DNA from: the human T2T-CHM13v2.0 reference genome, Homo sapiens
DNA length: 64,000 bases
NCBI RefSeq assembly: GCF_009914755.1
Contig: NC_060942.1
Direction: 5' to 3' (one strand)
Under the pieces are notes generated by a model. It was not told the origin of the DNA, searched no databases, and was given only the letters and a program-made list of their open reading frames with translations. Of this stretch, positions 1-13,612 are shown in pieces. The translations under genes and the position numbers were made by a program. How positions within the stretch are numbered: the first letter of the stretch is position 1; every line of letters begins with the position of its first letter.

Positions 1-534
1 GTTTTCCAGTTGCCTATAAATCTATAAAAAAAATTAAGAAGTCCGAATTGTGAAAATAGGGTGGGGGAACGGGGGAATCAAGACTAAGGGAAGCTCATGC
101 TCTTTGAACATCCCATTTCCTTTTGCCTCTGGGGAAAATTTATGTCACTTTCTGCTTTACAACTCTTTGCCACCCTCAGAATCTAATCAAATCCAAGAAC
201 TTTCTGTGTAAAAAGCAGCTCGTCTAATGACGAAATTAAGGACCTTTACTTAGTTATACCAATGTCACATTGGAAAATAATATTTGAGACAATGAGAGGA
301 ACATGGTGGGCAAATTATTAAACGATTGTGAAATTTCTCTTGGCTTGATTTTAAATTCTAAAATATAAGAAACAATATTCTTAGGCAGTTTGTGCAGTTA
401 TTTGAGGATATTTTATATAATGTACCACTTAAGTAATGTTTTTCATATATACTGTGTCCATTGTATTTGTATTAATGGCTTATTTGTTTGTAAGTGAGGG
501 AGGCCTAAATCAAATTAGCTTTCAAGAAAGATAC

Positions 535-839
<305 letters not shown>

Positions 840-1098
840 CAAGAAAGACACTTTTATTAAGGCAAGTGCCCAAACTGCAACTTTCAGAAGGGAGCAGAAA
901 TGCCTGCCTGTAAAGAACTGAATATTTCCATCTTCTATCGTTTCTGGGGTTTTGAATTGGAGAATAGTGGAATAGGAACCCAGATTTTCCCAACCTGTGT
1001 TATCTTTCCTTTTGGTTGAGGATGGTAAAAGATATTATGGTTTGGACAAGTATCCCCAGGCAAACTGCATGGTTGGAGTGGGGAGAGAGGAGTTTTAA

Positions 1099-1438
<340 letters not shown>

Positions 1439-2169
1439 AAAAACTATGTTTTAACCGTAAGTTATTTCATTCTCTTTCACAAAAGCCACCAAGCCAAATA
1501 TTGTATAGTTACTATAAATTAAAATATTAAATTATGATAAGGCTATAAAAGAAGATTCAGCATGTATTTAGGATTTTGTAATAGAACCTGAAGAAATCTG
1601 ACCAAATATTTAAGATTCAGGGAAATACTCAAATTCGTTTCAGCACCATCCATCATTTATTCTCGGTGCTCTACTCTTATCCTTGAAGTTCTTGGTGCTG
1701 TGAAGTTTTGCAGTAACAATCCTCTCTATCTGGCAGATAAATCAATAACAAATAACTTATTCCTTAGTACCTGAGAAGCAAAGCCTACCAAAGTCCTAAT
1801 TTGATTTCTGGTGTACCAAATTAAAGTGTGTCCACAATAAACCAGCCTCAACTGTTCTCTCATGAATTCCGAAGTGGCTGAGGCCTTCAGGATACTGTAA
1901 ATATCTCTCTTCTTGAGTGACTTTCTTGGATAAATGTCGTTCATGTCTCCAACCAGCCACAACCACAGGCTATGGACCTCTTACCACTGCTTTATTGCAT
2001 AGCTCATAGTGGCTAAGTTTGGAAAATAATGCTAAAATCACTAGCTTTGGGGAATAGAGGAAAATAGAATAAAATAAAATAAACTCTTTAGTGTAGCCAA
2101 TGATTGAACTGGCATGTGATCATAACTACTCTTACTTAATTGAAAGTTCTATCAACATTTAAATATCCT

Positions 2170-2602
2170 TGTTATGGGTCAAATTGTGTCCCCTCAAAAA
2201 GATATTTTAGAATCCCAAACCCTAGTACCTCAGAATATGCCCTTGCTTTGAGACAAGATCTTTACAGAGGTAATCAAGTTAAAATGAGGCCACTGAGGAG
2301 GCCCTAGTCCAATATGACTGAGGTTCTTCTGAAAAAAAAAAAATGTGGACAGACAGATGTGGACTATCAGACACTCTTTAGAATATAGAGGGAAGAAGAT
2401 GTGAAGAGACGCAGGGAGAAGACAGCTGTCCACAAGCCAAGGAGAGGGGCCAAGAACGGGCGGTGGTCCCGCAGAGCCCTTAGGAAGAGCTAAGCAGATG
2501 ACACCTTGGCTTTGAAATCTCAGCCTCCAGAACGGTGAGAACATAAATCCCTGTTGCTCAGGCTCTTCCACTTTGGTACGGCATCCCTAGGAAGCCAGAT
2601 AA
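2170..2602 (+). mobile_element. MaLR solo LTR (MLT1B/C-like)
   Basis: Starts TGTTATGGGTCAAATTGTGTCCCC; contains AGTACCTCAGAATATG, CCAATATGACTG and CAGCCTCCAGAACGGTGAGA, typical of MLT1 LTRs. Confidence 0.85.
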
Positions 2603-2761
2603 ACCCTGGATGAGCCAAACATCCTAGACTAGTAGGTAAAATATAAAATACTGGGATAAACTCTGTGACCTGAAAACGTGATGCTTTCCTAAACTTACCC
2701 AACCACAGAGCGCTTCTATGTTGACATATTCTTTCATTTAATAAGAAACACGTCATTTTCA

Positions 2762-3282
<521 letters not shown>

Positions 3283-3317
3283 TTAACACTGTTTCTCAGA
3301 GATGGTTAATTGTGGCC

Positions 3318-3395
3318 TGTGTATGTGTGAATGTGTGTGGTGTGTGCACAGTGTGTGCACAGGAGTGGGTGTGAGTGTATGCACATGTACACACA
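3318..3395. repeat. Degenerate (TG)n microsatellite
   Basis: Interrupted TG/CA dinucleotide runs. Confidence 0.65.
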
Positions 3396-4849
3396 GCCCT
3401 CGCTCTGTTACCCTACTAATTTTCCTTTTCCTTGGCGAGCTATTGATCCTTGGTTACTGATTCCCATTCACATTTCAGGGTCTGGATTGATCAGCATTGG
3501 TCTCTAGGGTTCATTTCCCCAGCTTAGATGTGAGTTCCCATTGCCCTTTCCGGGAATACTTTGGGGCTATTCAGGAAAGAGAAGGGATATGTGGGTGGGT
3601 GGCTGGGTAGCATTTCATACTTTTTAGAACGCACAGATAAAATTGACTCCAGGTTTCGAAACACCTGTTTCCTGGAGATTCCCAAATACTTGTTTCCTGG
3701 ACATGTGATTTGGTTTAGAGGGTGTTCTCCACCCCATCCACACAGTGGAGTCCCTTCACAACCTCCCTTCTATGTGAAGGCATTTTCTGGGGCTGTAGAC
3801 AGTTTGCCGACCATGAGCATCACCCTCCGAGCTGTGTGGGTCCTGAACAGCCCGGCCGGCCCTGCCCTGAGTGTGTCTGTCCAGAACCCCTGAGCCACCT
3901 TTCTCCAGCCCCTCTCCCTGCACTCCCTGGAGTATTGGAAACTGAGTTTGGGCTTCTGAAGAAAAAATTCACGTTTGGAGAACTCCTCTTCTTTTGCCTT
4001 TGTGGAGCTGTAAGTTTCTCTGTGTTTCTGACTTTTGTTTCATACCTGAACTTTTCTGCTTTAAAGCTTCCAGAGTTTTCTCATCCTTAAATTTTAGCAG
4101 TTGAAGATTTCCTGAATTCCTAGTACTTCTATGTGTGACTCTCCATATGTGTGTGTATCAAATAATAATAGATTATACATAGAAGTTAGTTAATTTAACT
4201 TCAGTATATAAGTTAATGAAACTATTTTAAATTAAAATATATATACTTGTATACATAATTTATTATGTATAATTTATTAGTCTCAAATTATATAGAGAGA
4301 ATAAAATAATTTATAATATACTTAAAAATCTATTTTTTCTAAATTTTAATTTTGCATTGTAACAAGGTTTGGAGAGTAAAAACCAGCAAGCACGTGTGCC
4401 TTCAGTGTCGCCTCAGCACAGAGCCCTTCCCCGTAGGCCAAAATCAAAATGATCTCCATTCTTACTGAAACTCCCGTAAATAGAAATTGCGGCTACAGTA
4501 CATCATTTATTATGTAAGCTCTACTTTGCAGTAGGAATAAGTTAAAGAGGGGGAAATTATTATTGCTATTATTGTTAGGGTATGAAGGAGTTTAGCTGAC
4601 TACTCCAAGAATTCAACTGATCAGCTTACTATGCAGTGTGCTCATGCACAACTCAGTCCCTGCAGCCAGGAGGGGTCCGGGTTCCCTGGCGTGCACAGCA
4701 GCACCCCACGGCCACTGGAAACCCCTCCAGACAGCGCACCACAGTGTCCAGCAGGAGCCCAGCCACGTCCCCCCCACCAGAGCCAGACTGCAGGAGGGGC
4801 CCACACCAGAGAGCCCTGAGGAAAACGCGCCTCTCAGTTGATATCCCAT

Positions 4850-5277
4850 CGGCACTGACCCACACTCAACGTCGATGAGCCTCGGAAACAGGATGCTTGG
4901 ACAAAGAAGCCACGTACAAAGGTCCACACACCTCACAGTCCTATTCATATGAAATGCCCAGTCCACTCACTGCACAGTCCCGTTCATGTGAAATGCCCAG
5001 TCCACACACCACACCGTCCCACTCAAATGAAATGCCCAGGATGGGCAAATCCACAGAGACAGAACATGAATTAAAGTGGTTGCCAGGTGCTGAGGGAGGG
5101 AAAAGGGGGAGTGAGCAGTGGCACCTGAGGGGCGTGGGGTTTCTTTTGGAGGTGACGAGAATGTCCTGGAGTCAGGTAGTGGTGATAGTTGCATCATCTT
5201 GTTACTACACTAACGACCACTGACATGTACACTTTAGAAGGGTGCATTTCATGCTATGTGAATTATACTCAGTAAAA
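4850..5277 (+). mobile_element. L1MB-type LINE-1 3' UTR fragment
   Basis: Matches the L1MB7/8-like 3' end: GGCAAATCCACAGAGACAGAA, GTGGTTGCCAGG, GGGGTTTCTTTTGGAGGTGA, TGTACACTTTAGAAGGGTG...ATGTGAATTATA. Confidence 0.8.
4922..5038. repeat. 39-bp tandem triplication inside the L1MB fragment
   Basis: Units start at 4922, 4961 and 5000; each reads GTCCAC.CAC...TGAAATGCCCA. Confidence 0.9.
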
Positions 5278-5555
5278 TCAAAGTCTGTTCACCCATGAGA
5301 ACTGGGGTGCTGCCTAATGATTCGAGCACTTCTCCTCTCTCTGCCTTGACAAGCTCATCACCCTAGCTCCACATCTGCACGGAAGTGTGCCTGGCAGACA
5401 CAGAGTGAAGAGAAAGCTCTCCTGGACTTCTTATCTTTCCCCCAGGAAAGCTGTGGTCTTTGTTGTGCTGAGTCACTGGCCCCGCGAAGCACCTTTCAGG
5501 GGTGGCACCCAGCTCCACCACATGCACTGCACAGTTAAACCAGCACACAGCTTCT

Positions 5556-5897
5556 TGAAGCTTGGATATTACCTGAGCTTTATATTGCTTGGATATATCT
5601 GAAGCTTGGTTGTTGCCTGAGCTTTATGTTACCTGAATATACCTGAAGCTTGGATATTGCCTGAGCTTTATATTACCTGGATATACCTGAAGCTCGGATA
5701 TTGCCTGAGCTTTATATTACCTGGATATACCTGAAGCTTGGTTGTTGCCTGAGCTTTATATTACCTGGATATACCTGAATCTCGGATATTGCCTGAGCTT
5801 TATATTACCTGGATACACCTGAAGCTTGGATATTGACTGAGCTTTATATTACCTGGATATATCTGAAGCCTGGCTATTACCTAGATATTACCTGAAC
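5556..5897. repeat. 44-bp minisatellite, 7 full units plus a partial unit
   Basis: Consensus TGAAGCTTGGATATTGCCTGAGCTTTATATTACCTGGATATACC starting at 5556, 5600, 5644, 5688, 5732, 5776 and 5820; partial unit from 5864. Confidence 0.95.
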
Positions 5898-8197
5898 CAC
5901 ACATGGAAGCAAACTCCTGGAAATTGGCATGATTAACTTCACTCTGGAATGTCGAGATGTGATGCTGAGATTGAGAAGTGAGTACACGAGGTCGTCAGCA
6001 AATGTATTCAAAGTTTCCACGAGAACTGTTACGGATAATCCAGCTCTGTAAAGCTAACCGGAGAAGCAGCTAGAAGCAGGATAAAACAGCACCAAGTCCT
6101 CTTCTTGAAGAAAGACAAAGCACTCTCCTCAGAGGCTAGGTGATCTTGTTCTATTCAGAGCACAGGAGACAGAATGGAAGGAAAACACATCTGCACGCAA
6201 ATCAAGCGTCTCCCCTCCTTGGCTCTCACCTTCTCTGGTGAAGGTTTCCACAACCGGGAGGCACCTGTTCCATGGCGTGGCCAGCGTTCCACATGGCACA
6301 CTGTGCGTGGAAATGAACGAGATCTACCTTGGCAATGACGGATGCCATGAATGAGGTTTTGGGTGCTTTGTTCCTTCTTGCTTGCAAACTACCTCGATTA
6401 GATTCAGTCTTGGTGAATGACTTGTAATTCGTGAGTTACGTGCTCTGGGAAATCTAAATATCTACAAGCTTATTTGAAAAATGTGCATTTATTTCAAGGA
6501 GACAGAGCTATAGTTACAGATACTATACTATTTTCTGAGATCTTTCTTGAAGTGTAGCGATGACCAGAACAATTTGGGGATCACCCTGAAGTGATGAAAA
6601 CCCTTCAAAGAGAAGATATGATGGGAAATATGAAGGAATCAAAGTCCTAGACAGAGAGCTTCTCAGCATCCTCACCTCCTTCCCTGGGTGGGAGACGGAT
6701 CCCCTCCTATGCACCTAGTGGTGAGGGGGTCTCCATTCCTCTGAAGTCCTGCTGGCTGAGCATGGATTGCACCAGCGTGGGCTGTGGAGATGGACAGCAG
6801 TGTGTGAGTCCCATAGCCCTCCGCCCAGGGGAGGACCAGCCGCACCCCATGAGGGCTGCCCTTGGGAGGGGAGCAGGGTAAGCCAGCTGGGCTGTGGGGG
6901 GCAGGCTTTGTATGACAAGAGGCGGGGGCCCCTGGCTCCTGCCCACTGGATTACGTGACTGGCTTGTTTGAAGAATTGCACAGACTGGCAGGCTGAGGAA
7001 GAGGTGGGGGCGGCTGGTCGGGCTGATAGGGCTCTAGCTGGGTAGGGGCTTACCTGCGGGAAGCAGAAGAACTCACAACTAGGCATTTGGGCCCCGCGAG
7101 GCTCAGGCAGGTCAAGGCAGCCACAGACTCTCAGGCCTTCCAGTCCAGGTGGGGCCAGGCTTTGTCCCCACCGAGAGCCGTTTTGCACCCACTCCCTCAG
7201 TGCCGCTTGTTCCCTGGGGAATGAGAGGCTGCTCTTCACCCTGCAAGGCCAGGCAGAGCCCGGCGCTGGGGCTGTCCTTGGAAATGTTTATTGTGAAATA
7301 TTTGTTGAAGCGAATACAGAAACAAAACTGGGATCTCTAAAGTCCACACGTGACTCACATCCCAGGACCCTCTTCTTACGTGTTCAAAAGTGTTGTCCCC
7401 AGGCCAGAGGACGGAACGTGGGGTCAGCATGACCTCCCCTCTGGACGTCCCTCAGCCAAAAGTTCATTTTAATTGCAACTCTCAGAGATGTTCATCTAAC
7501 CGGGTGCTTTTCGCCGTTTGATGGCATTTTAGACCCTCGCCTTATCTATTCCATTTAATCAGGAAGTGCCCACCCCTGGACTTTCTCCTGTGCTTATCTT
7601 CCAATCACAGGAGCTTTCTATGAGCCCGATTCCTACAGACCCTGCTCTGTGAGGTCACTACCACCCGCTACACAAAACATCAATTTACATATCGTTTTAA
7701 ATGCGTGAGTGCTGGCATTGACTTCTTAACTGGTGGTAGGGTGAGAGCTGGGTGGCATATTTATCTTTAAGACCACGCTGAATAAACAACACTGGGTGTG
7801 CTAATGCATGAGTGAATGCTACTAGGTTAGGGCTTCTGCAGAGGAGACACCTTTCTAGTAAGAGATACAAGACTGGGGGTGCCAGACCTGTGCCTGTCAC
7901 CTGGGAAGACCAGCGCATGAGTGGGCAGGGTGGGCAGACTCCTGGTGCTCCAGGCACACTGTCCTCAGTGGCTGTCTACTCCCTCTTGAAACTGAGGAGC
8001 CTGAACTCATAGCAGAGTAGTTTTCACTATCGATCGATGACAGTGTAAATGCATAAATAGCTTTTTCCCCAAGATTTGCAGAAAAATAGATCTCAAGACT
8101 GCATTAGTTTTGCCCTTTACCCGGAATCATAAATGCATTCTTGAATCTGTGTCGGCAAATCTCGAAAAATAAAATTATTTCAAAAGTATGCGTGGCT

Positions 8198-8442
8198 GGC
8201 TGGGTGCAGTGGCTCATGCTTGTAATCCCAGCATGTCAAAAGGCTGAGGTGGGAAGATTGCTTGAGCCCAGGAGTTTGAGACCAACCTATACAACATAGT
8301 GAGACCCCGTAGTGCATGCCTGGAGTCCCAGCTACTCGGGAGGCTGAGGTGGGAGGATCACTAGAGCCTGGGAGTTTCAAGGCTGCAGTGAGCTATGATT
8401 ACACCACTGCATTTCAGCCTGGGCAAGAAAGTGAGACGCTCT
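8198..8442 (+). mobile_element. AluJ SINE lacking the central A-rich linker
   Basis: J diagnostics (TTGAGCCCAGGAG, AGGCTGCAGTGAGCTATGAT); the left arm GAGACCCCGT joins directly to right-arm AGTGCATGCCTG. Confidence 0.9.
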
Positions 8443-8500
8443 CTCTCTCTCTCTCTAACATATATGTATATGTATTTTATATATATATACATATATATTA
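8439..8500. repeat. (CT)n followed by imperfect (TA)n
   Basis: Read directly; sits where the Alu A-tail would be. Confidence 0.85.
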
Positions 8501-11126
8501 TGGGTGTTGTATGTACATGAGGCCATCATCCCTTAGAAGGCAAATATATTCATGGTGGGCATGAAATTGTGAGTGCCACTATTATTAGTTAAAGCACAGG
8601 TTGAGTACTAATGCTGCCCAGATACTTCTGACACGTGATTTTCGCTAGATATTAGGATAGTAGATGCTATATAAATACTATAGAATAATATCTATATTAC
8701 AGATGCATGCTTTGGTGTTATGATGACCTGAATTTGAGTCCTGAGTCTCCAATTCGTCTTGTGGCTTCTGAAAATTGGTGCCATATTGGGTGGATAGAGC
8801 TTAAGCCATAAGTTTAGTCAGAACTGAATGAGAAAATTATTGGAAAGTGGGAGCTCCGTGTGTGCACCTTGCAAACAACATTATGATGATTTAGGATAAC
8901 AAATAATAATGTCATCTATTGCACCTCCAATGTATTAAACATCAATTTACAGTTAACAAACTAAAAAATAACATTATGGAACTTGTCTTTCTTTTACACC
9001 TAGCTGATCGGCTGCACAGATCTTAGCTTTCATGCCAAGCTTTAGTCATCCCCTCAGTCTTCAGTCTGACGTACTATGGGAGCTAATTCAGCAACAGTCA
9101 CCATCCATTTGCCCCTTTAAATTCCACAGCCTCCTCCCAAACCATGGTTATCTGTTCAGTTACTTTCAACTCTGCTTGCTTATGTCTGGTTAGGCTACAG
9201 GCACCTATCTAGAGAAATACGGCATTTCCATCAAGCAGCCTGACCTTCTCTCGGTGAGCTACACACCGGCCAGGTTTCTGCTAGTCATTCGGTGAATGTG
9301 GAATGTCTGGTAGCCACCTGGAGGTTTGTATGCTTTTCTCCAAAATGAGAACTAACTGATCCCTTGAGATTGTCCAATTCTAATACTACACGATTCTAAG
9401 GTAAGAGTAATTTTCATAAACTCACTACTGATGAATAATACTGGTGGTTTTTTTTTTTTGGCATTGAAGAACAGGCCTTTTGTGCCCTATGGTGAGTGAC
9501 TCGCAGTTCCACCTGGTTCCAAAAGGGACTCGAGGCAGTGAAACCTGGCAATACCCAACAGAGTCCACAGGAACACTGAACCCAGCTACATTCTCTCTGT
9601 GCTGCCCCATAGCATGAGAAACACTTTCATTAATATAGGAATTAAGAAATCTTTGAAGACATTCTACTGTACTTATATTTAACTCTCTAATGTTTATAAA
9701 CATAAAATACATACTTTATGCTTCCGACAACCTTTGCTTTCTACTGACATTGCCAATACAACTTCATCTAATGCATTAAAAACACAACCAGATTATTTTT
9801 CCAGATTCACATCCACTTTTACTCAAATTACATAGAATATGGGGGCAAATGTGTGTTTCCCAATAATTAATTTCCTGGATTTTCAGGACAAATTCTGCTG
9901 GAGAAACCTGGTGGAGGACAAGCCCATGCCTTTGGTGAAGGGTAACTGTCATAATTAACTTGGTGGTCAGCAAAGACCAGCCGCTATCTCAGCAAACTAA
10001 TTTAGATTAGTCTGTATTTTATTTTCTTTTTGTCCCTAGATTTTTACACTTCCAATCAGATAATTGTACCATGGGTGAAAGCCAGTGTTCCCCCACGAAG
10101 AGTCCTGGGTTGTGAATAAAGAGTTCAACCTCAAGCCAGCAGGGTGAGCTCACATTCCACTCTGCCTCTCTCCGTGTTCACACCTGTGACATGAAGAGGC
10201 TGAATCTCCAAGGCTCAGTTGAGCTCAACATTTCTATGGTGCCATTTCTACATTTGTCATCATTCACAACAGGACCTGCTTGCCATCTTGGGCTATTCAA
10301 CCTCCAGTCTATATTTGGATGCAAGGTGCTTTGAAACTGTGTTTAAGGATTATCTTAGGGCAAAATTCAAATGGAGTGCTATGTAGCAGTACAGCTGTAA
10401 AGTGGAATTGGCTTATAATCTCAGAGATCAAAATGAACACAGCCATTAAGAAACCTTATTCTTGTTTGCATAACCCTCTTAGTGAGTTTGCCTTGTGCTG
10501 GATATATAATCCACAAGATAGATGATTTCTGCCAACCATTACAGAGTGTTTATCAAATGCAGAAAGATTTTGCACAGTACATCTGTAAGTATTTCTCTTT
10601 GGAATTGAAATGGTTTGTCCATTCTTTGACATCAAGACCAGGAATTACCATTGTTCTTTTCTCTTCCCCCCCAGACAAGATCATAACTGGAAGCTGATGC
10701 AATCCAGGTATATGTTGGAGGACATTGATCTCTGTTTGTCTTCCTTTTTAGCATCTAGAACATACTTGTCATGTATACTAAAACATAAAATTTATTCTCT
10801 TCATAAAGTTTTACTAAATCAGCTGCAGAGGAAGATGTTATTGGCAGCTTTTTCATTACTGGCTATGGTAAAGCTGAAGTGTCTGATTATTTTTGTATTT
10901 AGGGCTTGTCCTATGTCTTGTGTGTTCAGTGATAAATAGAAGGCCATTTAGAATTCATGTTTCCCCTGAAACCTTTGTTATTCTTCGGAAGATCATTTTA
11001 AATTTACTTTATAATGCTTTTTAGGTATCAAGTGCTTTTAATTTTACAGAATCATGTTTCCAAGCTCTTTCACTATTATTAAAGATGTGTGAGATGTGTG
11101 TTATGGGAACTTAGAAAACAACAAAA

Positions 11127-11487
<361 letters not shown>

Positions 11488-12195
11488 CTAACAAGTACTT
11501 ATCAGATGGATTTCAGATAAGAAACAGCAAACAAAATTATAAAATGGGATTTGGAAAGAAGGAAGATTTTAAAATATTTTGTTTCTTTTGCTGCCTCCAA
11601 ACTTGAAATTTAAAATATACAACCACATTAAGGCATAACTGTCTTCTATTAGAAAGAACAATGAATGTAGAGTCAGAAAATCTGCAGAAGAATCAACCTT
11701 CTCTGTACCAGGAGGTGACCCTAGGTCAGCTTTGTAACTCCTGGAGGTTGCAGAGTGTGTGATGATCAAGCAAAACGTCATGATGTCAGGTAGAACCACG
11801 CATGCAGAAGCTGGTTAGTGAGTGTTTGTGGAGCAAACAAATCAATGAGCACAGAAATATAAACGTCATAAATTTTAGGAAAATGAGGGACCTTTCTCAT
11901 GACTTTCAATTTACTAAACAACTACTTGGCCCTCTTAGCATTGCTCAGGAACATCATTAAATAATATTAAATCATCATTACTGTCTCCATAAGTGTCTCA
12001 TCCTGAAATATGAAACACAGAAGAACACTTCATACCACATCCTGAAATCAGGAGCCCGTGCACTTGTGAATTTCCATTTAGGGATGATATGTTAAGCCAG
12101 CAATTGTTTCCTGACCGTGATATTTACTACGCCCTTCACACGTCTCTCCTAATATGGTTTAAGCTGCTCTGGATTATGAATGTATCTCTTTAAGG

Positions 12196-12450
12196 CAGCG
12201 GTCCCCAACATTTTTGGCACCAGGGACCGGTTTTGTGGAAGACAATTTTTCCACAGACTGGGAGCGGGCATGGTTTCAGGATGATTCAAGCACATTACAT
12301 TTATCATGCACTTTATTTCTATTATTATATTGTAATATATAATGAAATAATTATACAACTCACCATAATGCAGAATCAGTGGGAGCCCTGAGCTTATGTT
12401 CCTGCAACTAGATGCTCCCATCTGGGGGTGATGGGAGACAGGGACCCCTG
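12196..12450 (-). mobile_element. MER1A hAT-Charlie MITE, internally deleted
   Basis: Termini CAGCGGTCCCC and GGGACCCCTG; MER1A-specific interior (GAAATAATTATACAACTCACCATAATG, GGGAGCCCTGAGC). 8-bp TSD CTTTAAGG / CTTTAGGG. Confidence 0.9.
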
Positions 12451-12624
12451 CTTTAGGGTACATTCTTTGATTCCATAAAATTAATTTCATATGTCTCCAG
12501 AACTCAAGGACAATTTTTTTATTTATTATTTTATTGCATTTCAACTTTCGTTTTAATAACCATTATTATTATAATATTAATATGTTTAGTATTATTGTTA
12601 TAAAGCAGAGGAGAAAGTAGAAAT

Positions 12625-12830
12625 CTGTATTTGCTGCTTTCTACGTGCCAGGCAATGTGCTGCACAATGTAGAATAGAATCTGATTTATTCTTCCCACAG
12701 CCAATGAACTAGATCCCTGTTTCACAGATTAGAAAACTGAGACCCAGAGAAACTAAGAAAATTTCCAAGGCAAGTAGAAAGGCCAGGAAGTTAACTCAAG
12801 TCATGTGACAGTTTACAACCACTTTCACGT
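12625..12830 (-). mobile_element. MIR SINE
   Basis: CTACGTGCCAGGCA...TTTCACAGATTAGAAAACTGAGACCCAGAGA matches the reversed MIR core. Confidence 0.7.
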
Positions 12831-13092
12831 CATGGTCCTGAATTTCAATTTTTAAATTTATCGTTGTTATAATCACAGGTACCTTGATTCTCTAAAGCGA
12901 TTGAAATAAGGGAGCGTATGTATACACATAATGGAAAAATAAGCTTATTTTCAATCATTAACAGGGTGCAAAAATTAAGTGTTCATATATGTGTCTAAGG
13001 ATCTGGATTAATTGTGAGTGGATTTTGGTAATCAAGAAAAATGGCTCATGAATTGCCCTCATATGAAAATTTTATTTCAAAAAGTGAATAGT

Positions 13093-13612
13093 AATGGATC
13101 TCAAAAACTGATTTCTCCTGTCCAGCTGAAACTGAGCCATTAAGCCAACATCTCCTCAGTTCCTCTACCCCACCAGGCTCTGGTAAATAAACATTGTTCT
13201 ACTCTACTTCTATGAGTTCAACTTATTTTGGATTCCACATATAAGTGAGATCAGAGAGTATTTGCCTTTCTGTGCCTGGCTTATTTCACTTAGCACAGTG
13301 TCCTGCAAGTTCATCCACGTTGCTGCAAATGACAAGATTTCCTTCTTTTTATGGCTGAGAAGTATTCTTTTGTGCACATATACCACATTTTTTAATCCAT
13401 TCATTGGTGGATGGACTCTTGGGTGGATTCCGTAACTTGACTACTATGATTACTGATGCAACAAACATGAGAAGGCAGATGTGTCTTCAATGCCCAGATT
13501 TCAAATCTTTGGATCTACACTTAGAAGTGGAATTGTTAGATCATGTGTTCATTCTGTTTTTAGTTATTTAAGGAATCACCATACAGCTTCCATAATGGCT
13601 GCAGTAATTTTT
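13093..13612 (-). mobile_element. L1MA-type LINE-1, inverted segment (end of ORF2 to mid 3' UTR)
   Basis: GATTCCACATATAAGTGAGATCA, TGTGCCTGGCTTATTTCACTTAGCA, CATATACCACATTTT. Confidence 0.88.

Noticed and set aside
5556-5897. Possible CRISPR array
   Set aside because: Head-to-tail tandem units with no spacers.
6760-7260. GC-rich patch suggesting a promoter or CpG island
   Set aside because: CpGs are sparse, so it does not look like an island, and no core promoter is evident.
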